This document shows positions 63,427-64,000 of a stretch of 64,000 nucleotides of DNA, one piece after another; the stretch's first letter is position 1; the number at the start of each line of letters is the position of its first letter. The DNA is taken from NCBI GenBank assembly GCA_963844715.1, contig CAWJPJ010000007.1:1-64000 (forward strand), written 5' to 3'. This DNA comes from an uncultured Phycisphaerales bacterium. Lineage in GTDB: Bacteria; Planctomycetota; Phycisphaerae; Tepidisphaerales; Tepidisphaeraceae. The notes under the pieces are model-generated. The model worked only from the letters and a program-made list of their open reading frames with translations. It had not been told where the DNA came from and made no database searches. The position numbers and the translations under genes are program-made.

Positions 63427-64000
63427 CTAAACTTGCTGAGCCGGATTTTCCGCCGCGATTTCCGCGTACAACTTTTCCAGGGCATCGACCATCACGGGTG
63501 CATCGAACCGCCCCAGGGCAAACTCGCGCCGGCGCGGCCCATCGTGCGGCGCAATTCGGGGTCGCCGGCCAATTTGGAAATCGAATCCTGCAGCTTTTCC
63601 TTCTGGAATGGCGGGAGAATGAATCCGGTGATGTTGTCGCGCAGGCCTTCGGCGTTGCCGTCGATGTCGTAGGCGATGACGGGTTTTTGGGCGAGTTGGC
63701 CTTGCGGGAGGGAGCGGGCGAGGCCTTCGCGGCGCGAGGGATGAACCAGGATGTCCATCGCGCCGGTTAGTTCGGGAACGCGGGTGGGGGGAACCATTCC
63801 GGTCAGAATGAAACGGTCGCGGAGCTTCATTTGGCGCATGCGATCTTCAAATTTCCCACGAAGCGTTCCGTCGCCGACCCAGAGGAATTTTAGATTTGGA
63901 AACTGTGCGCATAATTTAGGCGCGATGTCCAACAGGTCGTCGTGGCCCTTGAGATCGAAGAGGCGGGCGATAGTACCGACGACCAGATCGGATGGGGCCA
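63427..64000 (-). CDS. GT4 glycosyltransferase, 3' part (frameshift ~63520)
   Basis: ARLFDLKGH; WVGDG; HPSRREGLAR; runs off the window. Confidence 0.88.

Noticed and set aside
1..64000. Mass pseudogenisation or programmed frameshifting (about 20 split genes)
   Set aside because: Single-base indels hit core genes (murJ, parA, thiE, arfB), often in homopolymer or GC runs, and I noticed no in-frame nonsense codons. Sequencing error explains this best.

Overview
This GC-rich window is most likely from a planctomycete (Phycisphaerae/Tepidisphaerales-like). The evidence is LESRxxLS-type export leaders, CxxCGxDLR..CPECG membrane proteins and a DUF6677-like gene. About 20 genes carry single-base frameshifts, which looks like long-read indel error rather than real decay. 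The left ~22.8 kb appears to be a genomic island ending at a 3' half of tRNA-Arg(ACG) with arm-type repeats (att site). It holds a >2800-aa surface protein that runs off the left edge and a Tn4371-like transfer module (DUF2840-traF-oriT-relaxase-traG-RHH-trbB, with no other mating-pore genes). It also holds a degenerate AAA_24 gene, two tandem LexA/CI-like proteins, and a small putative ssDNA-binding gene behind a structured region. The core region has a GH28 gene, a non-phosphorylative sugar-acid catabolic cluster, GT-C/UbiA genes and a CHASE2 cyclase-SH3-M48 operon beside PilZ and cNMP-MscS genes. Further along are an orphan DNA methyltransferase, thiE, murJ, an IS5-family element, HIT, parA, gpmI, a ferredoxin, an ECF-sigma/Cu-ATPase operon, arfB and bshB1. 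Signals missed by the ORF track include a C-rich to G-rich strand switch at ~51.4-53.7 kb next to parA (probable oriC), a 21-aa Lys-rich ORF with its own promoter, SD and terminator, and a ~245-nt intergenic hairpin.
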